This document shows positions 23,295 through 35,439 of a DNA stretch of 35,570 nucleotides, piece by piece; position 1 is the first letter of the stretch, and every line of letters begins with the position of its first letter. The DNA lies in contig NC_068991.1 in assembly GCF_001194135.2 (NCBI RefSeq), positions 44,992,512 to 45,028,081 of the forward strand, written 5' to 3'. This DNA comes from Octopus bimaculoides (Eukaryota). The notes under the pieces were generated by a model. The model was given only the letters and a program-made list of their open reading frames with translations. It had not been told where the DNA came from and did no database searches. The translations under genes and the position numbers were made by a program.

Positions 23295-24125
23295 ATGTTC
23301 TATTGTTTCTGATGTTAAAGCTAAGTCAGCATAATCTGTATCTGTGAGAAACACTGCAGGATGTCTCTTGCTGTATGCTTGTTGCAGTGTAAAGCCGATG
23401 TTGCTTCTCTCATCACATAGCCCAGTGCTATTATGAATATGAAGGGAGCAAGGGTGTCACCTTCAAGTATTCCTGGCAAACTATTTTTGCTGTGAGTTGA
23501 GTCGTATGCTTCACAGATGGGCTTACATACAAATGAGAACATGGCGAAGTATATGATTTACAACCAAGCAGATAGCTACCTATTGAAATGAAACGGTACA
23601 AGGTGGTAAAAGTAGATGATTTCAAATATCTGGACTCATGGATTGATAGAAGTGAGAAGGACATTAATATTCGCATTGCTAAAGCATGACCATCTCTGTC
23701 AAAGATGGACACAATTTGGAAATCCGATATAAACAGAGAGCTTCACATTAACTTCTTTCGAACAATAATAGAAACTCTTATACGGCTGCACAACATGAAC
23801 TCTAATGCACTGGAAAGAAATCTAGATGGAACGTACACAAGACGTCTGAGAGTTGCACTTTACATCAAATAGCAATCCCACAAAACAATCCAGGTTCTTT
23901 ATGGAAGTCTTCCACGAGTTATCTCCACTGTAATGGAAATTCTGTGGACACTGCTTTCGTAGCAAGGATAAAGTAATGAGTCAAATGTTTATGTTGGACC
24001 AACTGACGATAAGCGACCCAGGGGTCGCACTGGTAGAATATTTATTAACCAATCAGGTACCTATCAAGAGCAATGCGGGAGAGAGAATTCTGTAAACAGA
24101 TGGTTGATGGTATTGTCTGCGGACG
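23295..24125 (+). mobile_element. RTE-clade LINE copy with inverted 5' segment
   Basis: 23295-23530 (-) gives GILEGDTLAPFIFIIAL...TDTDYADLALTSE (RT4-5). 23531-24125 (+) gives DDFKYLDSWI, DINIRIAKA, LERNLDGTYTRRLR, CGHCFRSK and KRPRGR (RT7 to C-terminus). Confidence 0.85.
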
Positions 24126-24189
24126 ACGTGGTATGTAGGTATATTAGAATGTCATGGTAGCTAAATTACCAAATGATTTCATACCAAAA

Positions 24190-24665
24190 ATGGAGATCCA
24201 AATCCAACAATTTTCAGAAATGCCTGAAAGGATCTTTGTCACTGGAAGCCTGAAAAGTGTCACATCCGATTTATGGGTCTTGGGTCTCTTGTAAAAAATG
24301 TACACACTGCTACTAATAAACAATATCACTCAACATACAGAAAAGTTGCCCCTCAGACATATAATAACATTAACCATAAGGCCAAAGCAACAGCTTTGAT
24401 ATTGAGAACCGAAGATAGGGTAAAAGCATTTGCAGAAAAATATGCTTTTATAATATTTAAAGGCCACAAACCTAACTTTGTCTCCAATCCCAAATGTCGG
24501 CTGATATCGTAAAGACGGACGAAATGCTGGTAAGCATTTCGTCCGGTGTGCTAACGATTTTGCCAGCTCGCCGCCTTCTCTACTGAGCACTAATATTACC
24601 AGATGATTCGCACACAGACTAAAAATTGAAAATATTTTAGCAAAATTAGTGGTCAGAATGTTTTG
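24190..24665 (+). mobile_element. Penelope-like (Naiad-type) RT N-terminal fragment interrupted by a SINE head (24508-24577, -)
   Basis: ORF 24273-24512 reads TYRKV...YNNINHKAK...EDRVKAFA...AFIIFKGHKPNFVSNPKCRLI, matching the AFITLKDHKPNF..NPKCRLIN motif of this group. Confidence 0.75.
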
Positions 24666-25019
24666 GCATTCCAAATTATTTTGATGAAATTACTGAGGTG
24701 CTAAGAGTCTTTCAATGGTAGCAATATTTTTAATGTATTTCATTTTGTTGAATCCGTAGCAAGGAGGCGCTGAAGAACTGTGTAAGAGAGCGCTGTGCAT
24801 AATAAGTATACATAATTATTTGACGCTCGGAGGATGTGAGAATCTGTAGAGTAAGTCCCGGGCTCAACGGGATGCGGTACTTTGTTTACTTCGTGGTTTA
24901 CTTTGATTTTCAGCCATTCGAAGATTGAAAGGACAAAAACAAGTGTAAAAAGCTAGAGGTAATTTCAACGACTGTGTTCCACTGTATCCCCTGATTTGTA
25001 ACATTATTTGGTGGGTCTC

Positions 25020-25325
25020 TGTTGTTTCACGGTCAGGATTCTGTTCTTTGATCAGCTGAATAACCTGCTGTTAAATTAGTGTGTAAGTGGCTGACCATTC
25101 CACACACAGTTAGCATAATTCGCAGCCAGAATCAATGTGTCATTAGGCTGGCCCGTTTGAACTACAGGTATGATCCATCTGACGGGTTTCTATACAGTTT
25201 CTGTTCACCCAGTTTCACTCACAAAGTATGGATCGACTTGAGACTATAGCAATTAGCATTTACCCCAGCTCTTACAAAGTCGGAAACTCGTAGTTGAGAA
25301 GCGAACGTCCTAACCAGTCAGCAAT
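25020..25325 (-). mobile_element. Old tRNA-derived SINE copy
   Basis: Diverged similarity to 13826-14161. Confidence 0.6.
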
Positions 25326-26056
25326 ACTGAGTGCAGTGTGACTTTGTACCGGAATCAGAGCTCAAAAAGTGAAGTCAAAAGAAAAACTGCAAGGCAATTT
25401 TTCTGACACTCTGACATTCCTGCCCGGCCGCTCTCCTATGAATGAGTAAATAATAAAAATGAAATGGTTCATTAACTTGACGAGTCTATTTTTGTAAAAA
25501 GTTAAAAATTTTTAATTGAAGATTTTTGTTGTAACTTCAATTTGTTGTTCAATCAACCGAAAAATGTTCACCTGAATTAATATGTTAGTGAGCGAGCATT
25601 CCACCAAGTGTAAAATTCAAACGGATTTATGATCAAGGGCACTCCATTCATGAACTTTTTATCATATTTTTAGATACAAGGACTATGTTATCTTATGTAT
25701 TTTTTTAATGACAATATAATTTGAGAGAGATTTGATTAATGTTTTCTAGCGTAAGTACTCCAATTTTCACACAAGTCGTCAAATACAAATCATCATGACA
25801 GAACTCTCATCATATCAAGTTATTCTAAACAAGTAACATATTTGATAGGAAAAACCTAACATTAAGTGTAAAGTACGTCTCTTCAGTCTAAAGATTTCAT
25901 GTCATGGAGATGTGCGATAAATATTTTTCTGGTGTTTAAACTTGACAGCTACGAGAGGTGATGTAAAATAATATACCTTACTTGGAGAAATATCAAAATG
26001 CTTTTGCTAGACTTGAAATCTCAAAGTAAGGACTGGTACTCTGAATATCAATTAGG

Positions 26057-26400
26057 TAAGCACGGTATAGCCGAATGGTTAAAAAGTTTGCTTCGCAACA
26101 ATTAAGTCCCAGATTCGGTCCGACTGCATTGCATTTTCGGCAAATTTCATTTTCTTTTAAATTGAGCTGGACCCATGCGTTGTGCGTGGAACTGGGGACA
26201 CGGGAAATGTATAGAAGTTCGTAGGATATATTGTATCCTTAATTCAAAAGGCCTAGCTTTGTCACATTTTGTCATGCTGATTCTGTCTGACGGCAAAGTG
26301 AATTTTGCACGTGTAAGTAGAATGCTAGGCCATTTACACGTTAATTGAGATGGACGTTGTTCAGTTGATTGAACAACTAAATTTTCACCGTCGACCGACC
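26057..26400 (+). mobile_element. Old tRNA-derived SINE copy
   Basis: tRNA-like head (GGTATAGCCGAATGGTTAAAAAG...GATTCGGTCC) and a 3' body resembling the reverse complement of 13826-14000. Confidence 0.6.
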
Positions 26401-27978
26401 GAGATCCACATTTATTTATAATAACTTATTAAATTCACAAATGAATTGAAACCTAATAACCATGAAATGAAATTAGTAGATTATATGGATTCAAGGTAAA
26501 TTCACTGATATTCAAGCAAATATAATCATTGTTCTTACATGTCATTCGTACGAATTCTAAAGTAGACTAAATGAAGCCTTTACAATATTTTATGATATCC
26601 ACAGGAATTAGAAAGACATTTCTTCCGCACAAACCTTATGATTTCATAGATCCATGATTATGTAAGTTCTTAATACTACTGTTAAGCAAATACAACATAT
26701 TTCCCCGTGATTTCATTCCGTTTATCTATAAGCCGCAGGTAATTTTTATTTCTTCTGCAGCAAACAAAAATTGCTGGTTATGTTTTTGTTCTGACGCACA
26801 GAAATGGGGATAGGAACAAGAACACAGATACACCCACACACAAGATATGCAATTCCATCAAAGCATATAATAATCCGTTCTGTTAGAAATAACTCGTAAA
26901 TATTATAAAAATAACAGTTACGCTCTCATATGGTTGTTTCGATACGCCAAATATATATATAATATAAAAAGTAGATGAAATCTAAATCCTGGCCCATACT
27001 CAATAATTTGTATTTCTTATTTGTAGACCAATATCTTCTTCAATGAGAGAAATAAAAATTTCGCACATTGGCACTCATCCACAAATTTGTGAAGGTGAAC
27101 GGCCTAGCTAATTGAATTGATATCAGTTTATTACTAATATTAATTTTGCATACCTCAAGGGTAATAAGATGTTAAATCAGCTGAAGCAAGATTTGAACCT
27201 ACAATGCAGAGAGACGAAGCTAAGTAATATAGTATTAAATACTGATCTCTAACGATTCGACCAGATCTTGCTGCTTTTTCAGAAAATAAAGATGTTGATT
27301 TATAATATTGGTAAAATGCCAGACGTTTTGGCAAAATAGTAGTCTATTGAATTTATCATACTTTTGCAACTAGTGTATTAGTCGACCTGTAAAATATAGC
27401 GGCCAAATCTCCTGGAAATCATATACTAAAGTATTTAAAAAAAGGAAAGTCATATTGGATATGTGCTTGAAAGGAAGATGGGACGGTCATAACTCGAACT
27501 CACTAAGTCAAAGGATTGATTGCTCAGGGCTAACATCCGGTTACACAATAATTTACTGAAATACGCTATGAAATCAACTTAGTCGGGATTTGAAAGACGA
27601 AAGTAAAAACACGTGATTAATTGATTAACCACGAAGTTTTGTCCAATGCTCTATCGGTTCTGCCACCTACCGCCCTTCCAAATGTAAAAATATCATTTAA
27701 AAAATGTTTCTTTATTAAAATTAACAGCACTCGAAAAAGTTCCACCTTTTATACATATTTTATTTTTCATTTGATTCATAAGTTTATAGATCTTAAACAC
27801 ATTGCTTCATTATGTCTAAGCTTGTTTAAAGCGTAACTCTAGCACATAAGTTACGATGAGCAGAATATTTCTTTACAAAATTAATAGCAAGAACTGAGTC
27901 GAAAACATAGAAGGGGAACAAAATGTCGGTGTTAATGTCATTAAGAAATGTATGAAGATATCCGCATCTTTTCTTGTT

Positions 27979-28070
27979 TCTTAAATCAAGCTACATGTGT
28001 GCATCTTAAATCAAGCTACATGTGTGCATCTTAAATCAAGCTACATGTGTGCATCTTAAATCAAGCTACA
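27979..28070. repeat. 25-bp minisatellite, ~3.7 copies (TCTTAAATCAAGCTACATGTGTGCA)
   Basis: Perfect units start at 27979, 28004 and 28029, with a partial unit at 28054. Confidence 0.95.
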
Positions 28071-28072
28071 AG

Positions 28073-28618
28073 TTACAAGTGTGCATCTTCTACACATCGT
28101 GCCAAGTACCACTCGCAATACTGCACTCGTATGTCTGGATCATGGTCATTAATAGCATGGACTACTCTTGGAACGTAACTTTTCCAGTGACAACGCTTCA
28201 AAATGCGTTGGACCGACGACTTTGGAATACCTACCTCATGACTCGCTTGCCGCATAAATTTTCTCGGACTTTGGTGATTCGTTTCCAGTACACCTTGTTC
28301 TGTGGGGGTTGTTGATGTTCGTGGTCTTCTGGAATGCTTCTCGTTGACATTCTGAACAGTTCCATCGGCTTCAAACTTATTTCTAATTCGAGTGATGGTG
28401 AGTCGCATTGGCGGATCTGTTTGAAACTCCCTCCTAAACTGTCCTTGCACTTTAACTGCGTTTTCACACTTCCAGTAGCATTTTAGAATGAATTTCCTTT
28501 GTTCAAAGCCTTAGTCCGACTGCCATCATTAATTCCAATCGGTTTCATCTGGAAAGAAAAAAAACATCAATTGAGTTATCAGCTGCTAAAGTGTGTATAC
28601 ATTTTTTGGGACACCCTG
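28073..28618 (-). mobile_element. One-ended Tc1/mariner DNA transposon (DUF4817-type HTH N-terminus), truncated before the DDE/D domain
   Basis: The terminus CAGGGTGTCCCAAAAAATGTATACACACTTTA ends at 28618 with flanking TA (28619-28620). The reading frame is [28 protein letters not shown]...[14 protein letters not shown]...[22 protein letters not shown]...[12 protein letters not shown] saw no second TIR. Confidence 0.85.
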
Positions 28619-29369
28619 TATATATATCGTATATACGATGAAAAGAGGAAATTTTCCGATGGAATAATATCATAACATATTCTCTTAAGAAAAACGTGAT
28701 GTTTCAAAACTTCAAAGTCCACACGCAGAATCCCCTTCACTTCCTTTTAAAGAATATTTATTTAAATAGATTAAATTTTGCTGCCTCTTCAGCAAAGCTT
28801 ATTCCCCGAAGGACTCAGGATCTGGTTTTTGAAAGCAATCTTATATTAAGTAAGCGACATTGTGTTTGATGTATATTTTCCGTCTTACTTCCAACTCCGT
28901 TAGTAACACGCGAAGTGTTGTTCTATATGCGGAATCAGAAGTAAGGATGACAAAATACATTATTCACAATCCCATTCTCGTTCCTTAAGATACCAAAATT
29001 GCCAACGATGAAGGTAAAAGAAAGCGATTTACACCCATCAACAAAGTAAATAATCTATAGCTAAATGAGCGACTAATTTATAGCGTTCCCACCAGGCACA
29101 TATAGTTTATCTGAATACTGCTGTTAAAATGTCAAAGAATACTTTGAGTTATCAAATAAACAATGCCTCCAAAAGAAGATTTCGAATTGGTTTTGAATAA
29201 TTGAAGTTCGAAAAAAAACCCACATCTTTCCATTTAAAACAATGCATGAAGATAATTACAGCAAGTCACTAACCGTCATGTAAAGTTTAGAACAAATTGT
29301 TAATGTGCTATTGTAAGACTTAAAGTGGAAGCCATTGCCTTACACCACGGAGATTGGTAGAGATCTTAG

Positions 29370-29588
29370 TGTCAGAGAAAAAAGAAACTCTTGGCGTTAT
29401 TTGCTGCATTCTTACGTTTTGAGTTAAAACCCTGCTGAGGCCGCCAGCCTTGTATTTTATCCTCCAGGGCTCGATGAAATAAAGAGCCAGCCGAGAACTG
29501 GAGTCGAGATGATCGACTGACCGCTTTCCACAAATCTGTGGCTTCGTGCTAATGTTAGAAGCAACAAAAACAACAACAACAACTACTT

Positions 29589-29653
<65 letters not shown>

Positions 29654-29657
29654 ACTG

Positions 29658-29714
<57 letters not shown>
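29370..29714 (+). mobile_element. Diverged family A SINE with compound (ACA)n(ACT)n(GCT)n(ACT)n tail
   Basis: SINE body similarity at 29370-29565, with the microsatellite read directly after it. Confidence 0.7.
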
Positions 29715-29899
29715 TCATTCTTGATTTTTTTGTTGTTGTAGAGGTGGTGATAACACCAGGAATACAACTAACATTACGAACACCAACAAAACTCCGTTCG
29801 CACCCAAACGTAAAACAACAGCGAAGAAGCATTGTAAATTAATTAAATAAAATTGCAAAAACATAATGAAACATAAACCTCAACACACAAACATTACTC

Positions 29900-31423
29900 A
29901 AATAAATTTCATCACACCAGAAAAATAACACTCCAACACATAATGATCATCCAAACTATATGAACACCATAAAAATACATAACCCGACAGAGTAGGAGGC
30001 TTCAAAGGGAAGATCAATAAAAGACTATAGAAAGAATGCTTGCAAAAACACCCACAACTAACCAGAGGGATGGAAGATTCCACCCTTCCACAATTAATGG
30101 AATGTAAGTAGGTCTATCTCATTTTTTTCATTCTATCAAAGTTGCCCTTTCTTAGAATAGGCAATGTAAATGCACGTAACCTGAGGTCACCTTAAAAGCA
30201 GGGTTACCCTCTCCCTTAGGTACCCACACATACATGTGGTGGCAATCAGTAAGACCAGAATCTCCGACTCATGAGTCTTTGTGTCCATTTTCGGTGGATA
30301 TAAAATCTATTTATCTTTCAAATCAACCGAGATATGACTAGCTTTTACAGTACGAATCGTCTTTTTAAACTGGGAAGGTAAATTTGTGGTACTGATTTTG
30401 AACAGCAGTGAAGACCATTTGTTTTCAGACTAGTAGCTCTTTACAGCCCTGGGATCAGGTAATAAGATTTCATTAAGTGCCTGGAGTGTTTCCTGGGAAT
30501 GACTTGCTCATTAGTGTTAGTGAAAGATTGGAATAGTATCTTCGATGCACACTTGGACTCTTTAGTGCGAGCCGATAGAAGAAGGGTATACCATAACCTT
30601 AAAAATATGAGCAGACATTTCCAACTTTGTCACAGGTACCGAGTGGATTTCCTGAAAGTGCAAATATGAATATGAGCAAACTACAAACGGTCATTCTGAG
30701 CATATTTAGAGAGAGTGTTATGTAGTTCAGTCGATTGGGATAGTATAGGCTATCCACAGTTTACAACACTATTTCTAACTCTGTATACTGTCTGAGCGCT
30801 ATGCCTTGCCCTTGTTTGTTAGTAACTTCTTGATCAAATTGAAGCGTCTGTCACTCAATTTCTTGCGAAAGAAATGTGTTCCACCGTTGAGGCAATCCAT
30901 CAGCTGCTCTGAGGCTTAGGCATACTGTGGCTGCTGGAGCACAGACGTATACTAAAATTTCCCCACCTGCAACGATTCCTAGACGGTGAACATGTGTGGG
31001 CACCGTTCGTTCGGCATATCTTTCCCTTGCGCGTCTCCATGATGGATCTGTAGGCCTGAATGAAGCCAAAACCGAGATTGGGCATCTGGGATCTAGAATG
31101 TTGTCAAGCGCTCACATCCCTCATCAACTTCTTCAAGTGAAACTTTAAGAGGAAAATAAGGGTGGAAAGGGAAGTGTTGCCTTCTAGCCGTTTTGTTGAA
31201 AGGTGCATAAGAGTGGCGCGAATGGTGCGAGTGAACGCGCATGCCCTGAGAATACGCCTGTAAATCGGATATAAGGAACTGCGAAAAGCACTTGCCCCAG
31301 AGACCAGGGTACCCGTGGTTTTATAGGGTTTTTCCATGAACGTCTGCTCCCTATTGAGGAATACTCATTGTTAAAATGTTATTACTATCTTTCTTTTGTT
31401 AAATCTGTTGGCAAGCAAAACCC
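29900..31423 (+). mobile_element. Tx1/L1-clade LINE, copy C: probable ORF1 end, APE, post-RT region and C-terminus; RT deleted
   Basis: Shows LRIGNVNARNLRS (APE start, 30151), FLNWEGKFVVL, FRLVALYSP and VLVKDWN. It then jumps (~30780) to GLGILWLLEHRR..HLQRFLDGEHVWAPFV, and again (~31116) to SLINFFK*NFKRKIRVEREVL...LRIRL* (stop at 31263). Confidence 0.85.
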
Positions 31424-31505
31424 TCACAATAACACACATGCACACACATACACACACACAATCAGTGTTTTGTTCTGTGCCGTCCTTAGTGTCTCTTCTC
31501 AATGT

Positions 31506-31512
31506 AACAAAG

Positions 31513-31570
<58 letters not shown>
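31506..31570. repeat. (ATC)n microsatellite
   Basis: Read directly. Confidence 0.95.
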
Positions 31571-32486
31571 TTTTATTGTTGTTGTTATTGTTGCCAGTTA
31601 TACTAAGAAGTTGAAGTGACAGAAATAGAAAGGTGCCAGGATATTTATGTTTCGTTCTCAAATCAAATGTTATTGGGATTCTCCGTGACCCATATTCGTC
31701 TAGAGTCGATGAAATTTGCACCAGAAATCGATTGAATCGATTCTTTATTCATCTTCAATAAAACTGTGGCTTTGTGGTTTTGTAAATAAAATTAATATTA
31801 TCCTAGCAGGAACTGATTTAAACGTTCTCCCCTTCCTACATCTGATTTGCTGAAATAAATATTAGCATTATACGGTTGTATGTGTATAGTTACCTACCGA
31901 ATGTGTGGTCCCGTACCGATGTTAGAAACCATTATTATTGATTGCATGTAGTATGGCAGTGAGTCGACAAAAACAGGTATCTCCACGGACCGAATTACAT
32001 AAGGCAGCTAGTTACATTAAATATGTGAGTTTAAATCCTACAGGCATCCGACTGGGGTCGATTAGATGAAGAAGCAGTTTGGTTCTGAGAACGGGGCGAC
32101 CGGCCACATCCAACAGACTCAAGTTTTTGGCTTTGTGCCAATCTGAGAAATCATTATTGTTTGTTTTCATTGTAGTAATAGCTGTAGTAGTAGTAGCAGA
32201 AATAGTAGCAACGGTAGCAGCAGAAGTAGCAACAGTAGCAGCAGATGTAGTAGTGGTGGTAGCAGCAGCACAGGCAGCAGTAGTTGATGTCGACGTTGTT
32301 GTTAGAGAAAAAAACTGTTGCTGCAGATGTGAACTGTAACAAGTGTTGGCCTGTTGGAAAATGGAGATTCTACTTACATCGTTACATTGTTATTGATTCC
32401 TATCTCAAAGTGCTTACTTAGGCATACACACTTGTAGGTATCTGTATGTATGTATACATATATGTATGTGCGTGTGTGTGTGTGTA

Positions 32487-32887
32487 TCATCATCATCATC
32501 ATCATCATCATCATTTAACGCTTGTCTTACATGCTGGCATGGGTTTGACTATTTGACAGGAGTTGGCAAGCCAGAGGACTGCGCAAAGCTTTACTGTCTC
32601 CTCTAGCATGATTTCCACGGCTGGATGCCCTTCCCAACGCCAATCACTTTACATAGTGCACTGGGTGCTTTTCACGTGGCACCATCACCAGCGAGGTCAC
32701 TGAGTAACTTTCAAAATAATGATTCCCTCAAATGAATGGGGGAGTAGTATTGAATGTGTTGGTCTTGTGTCAGTGATAAGAGGTTAAACTATGATAGACG
32801 GACAGAAAGAGGTGTCTTGCTGTAGAGGAGATACATGGTTGCTCTAATCAAAGGAGGAAATAGGAAGAGAGTGAAAAAGAGAGAGAC

Positions 32888-32947
<60 letters not shown>

Positions 32948-32991
32948 NNNNNNNNNNNNNNNNNNNNNNNNNNNNNNNNNNNNNNNNNNNN

Positions 32992-33047
<56 letters not shown>

Positions 33048-34720
33048 TAGCGATGTACCAGGGCGTATCCTCAAGGGAGAAGGAGGTGAATATAAGTGGA
33101 GTGGGAGAGAATTGGACAGGGTGCATGAGCAGAGAGTTTACGAGAGTGCAAAGGGCAAGAAAGGAAGGAAAGGGAAATGTAGTGCCTGGTGAAACACAGA
33201 TATATATATGGTAACGACAGGAGAGCAATGACACAGTTAGCAGGAGTAGGCCAGGAAAGAAAGATGACAGAGCGGCTTTGAGCTGCAGGAGTGTGGGGGT
33301 AGAGACAAGGATAGGTGTATGGAGATGTAGTTTGGATCATTGCGGTGGGGTGCGTAAATTAATGTTACTTATGAGTGGAATACACAGCGCTTCCTCTAGA
33401 ACTCAGCTTCGCTGAGATGAGTAGGATTTCTCAAGCAACTCATATCTCCAGACACCTTCATCCATTTTCATATTTGGAAATCGGCCCTTACTACTCTATC
33501 CCATATCTTCCTGGTTGTCTCTCTTCCATATATGTCATCCACTTCAAATGATTGGCACTTTTTTATACAGCCACCTTCATTCATATGCATCACCTGACCC
33601 CAGAATAGTAGTATTCTCTCTTGCATTCTACATGTAATTCATCTAATGTCTAATTTTTCTCTCTGCACATTTGCACATTGTCGTACATGTACACTGTTGT
33701 TACACAACCATCGGAGCATACTAGTTTCATTTCTCTTCAGTTTTCGCATGTACTCTGTATTCAAGGCTCACATCTCACTATCATGGAGCATACCTGTTCG
33801 TACACAAGCATCGTACAATCTGAGATCCACTTACAGAGAGAGGTTTTTTGTTACCAACAGCTCTTTGAACTTCCTCCACCCTATTTTTATTCTTGGAATA
33901 AGAACATCCTCCTCCGCTACTACTTTGGTTACTTAGGTAACAGCAACTATCTACAACCTCACACAAATCACCTGGGCATTTGAGAAAATCTAATTCCGGG
34001 GTGTTCTTGGTTCTTATTTTTCTTGTGCATCTTCCACATACAAAAACAATTTTCTCTGTTAACCTACCTGTGATTCCTCTCTGCCTATTGTGTGTCCATT
34101 GCCTGCGCTTTCCAACACCTGTCCTACATAGTGAGCAGGACCACTTACGTAATGGAAAGAGAGTCTTATCTGTTTTCGTGCTCACAACATTGGTCTTCGC
34201 TAGAGTAAATTTAAGACCCTTTAGTTTTGCTTCTATACCTGGAATTTCTTTTCCAGTTCTGCTACTGATACTGCTATAAGAGCGAATCAGCTTTAAATTC
34301 CTTTGTTATGGCCACGAGAACTATGAGGAATAAGAGAAGACAATGAGAACTGAGCGCTGGTGAACTCTTCTTTGCACCATAAATTTGTAATTGTACTCAT
34401 AACTGACTGTCACCATACTGACAGTACTCTTATAAATGACTTGGACAGCTCTAACAAGCTACTCATCTACTCCTAACTTCCTTAGAGACTACCAGATAAG
34501 AGGGCAAGTTACTCTGACAAAAAATTTCTCCGGGTTCAGGAAAGCAAGAAGTATGGTTTACTTTTGCCTAGATACCTCTCCTCCAACTGCCTCACTAGGA
34601 AGATGGCATCTATATTAGCCTTTCCTGGCACAAAGCCAAACTGCTTTTCATCTAGTTTAATTCTATTCTTAATTAATTGGGCAATAACTTTCTTTGTAAC
34701 TTTCATGACCTGATCCAGCA
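32487..34720 (-). mobile_element. 5'-truncated RTE-clade LINE (RT1 to C-terminus) with probable long 3' UTR and (ATG)n tail
   Basis: Shows KLLDQVMKV...QFGFVPG...DAIFLVRQL (34545-34720), VHQ.SVL, a deleted YADD near 34290, an inserted Cys/His finger, CYL..Q.SSGGGCS, and downstream RTE C-terminal motifs ending ~33400. The segment 32487-33400 ends on the minus strand in ...GGGCATCCAGCCGTGG...CCATGCCAGCATGTAAGACAAGCGTTAAATGATGATG. Linking the UTR to the ORF is an inference. Confidence 0.8.
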
Positions 34721-34760
34721 GTTTGCATGCATATTTAAACACACACACGCGCGCGCGCAC

Positions 34761-34796
<36 letters not shown>

Positions 34797-34937
34797 CATA
34801 CACACACACGCACACACACATACACACACACATACACACACATGCATATCAGATCTGTATGAACACACATATCTAAGCATATCTGCGTACATATGCACAT
34901 GTATATGTACATACATATACGTACACACATATATATA

Positions 34938-34977
<40 letters not shown>

Positions 34978-35439
34978 TGTGTGTGTGTGTGTGTATACAC
35001 GTACAGATACACACACACACACGTATATACGTATATGTCAGTGTGTACAGTCATAAGCTCTGATATCGATATATGAGTCTCTCTGTTCACCTGTTCAGGG
35101 AAAGGAGACAGATCGAAGAATGTACATACATATATACATGAATAAACACATAAGTGCATACATATGTACATAGGTTTTATACTGCCCTTAATTAATATAT
35201 ATATATACACACACACACATAATTATAATTAAGGGCATAGAAAAAAGCTATCCCTACATGTTGAAAATGGACGCTAAATCGTCTAACCACTTTAAATGAT
35301 CACCTATTAAACACATGCTGAAATCGAGGAAGTAAGCTAACAGAAATTCATAAGATAATTCAGTTAGCCTTGGATTGATCAATTTCTGGATAAATCTAAT
35401 TTACTTTTTCTCGTCAGCAAAGCATACTTGGGGAAATAA

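Noticed and set aside
26057-26130. tRNA gene
   Set aside because: A degenerate tRNA-like head continuing into a SINE body. No intact cloverleaf.
26738-26890. Possible exon after a polypyrimidine-CAG acceptor
   Set aside because: A short frame ending in a stop, with no recognisable protein similarity or partner exons.
27979-28070. CRISPR-like direct repeats
   Set aside because: The units are contiguous with no spacers, there are no cas genes, and the context is eukaryotic.
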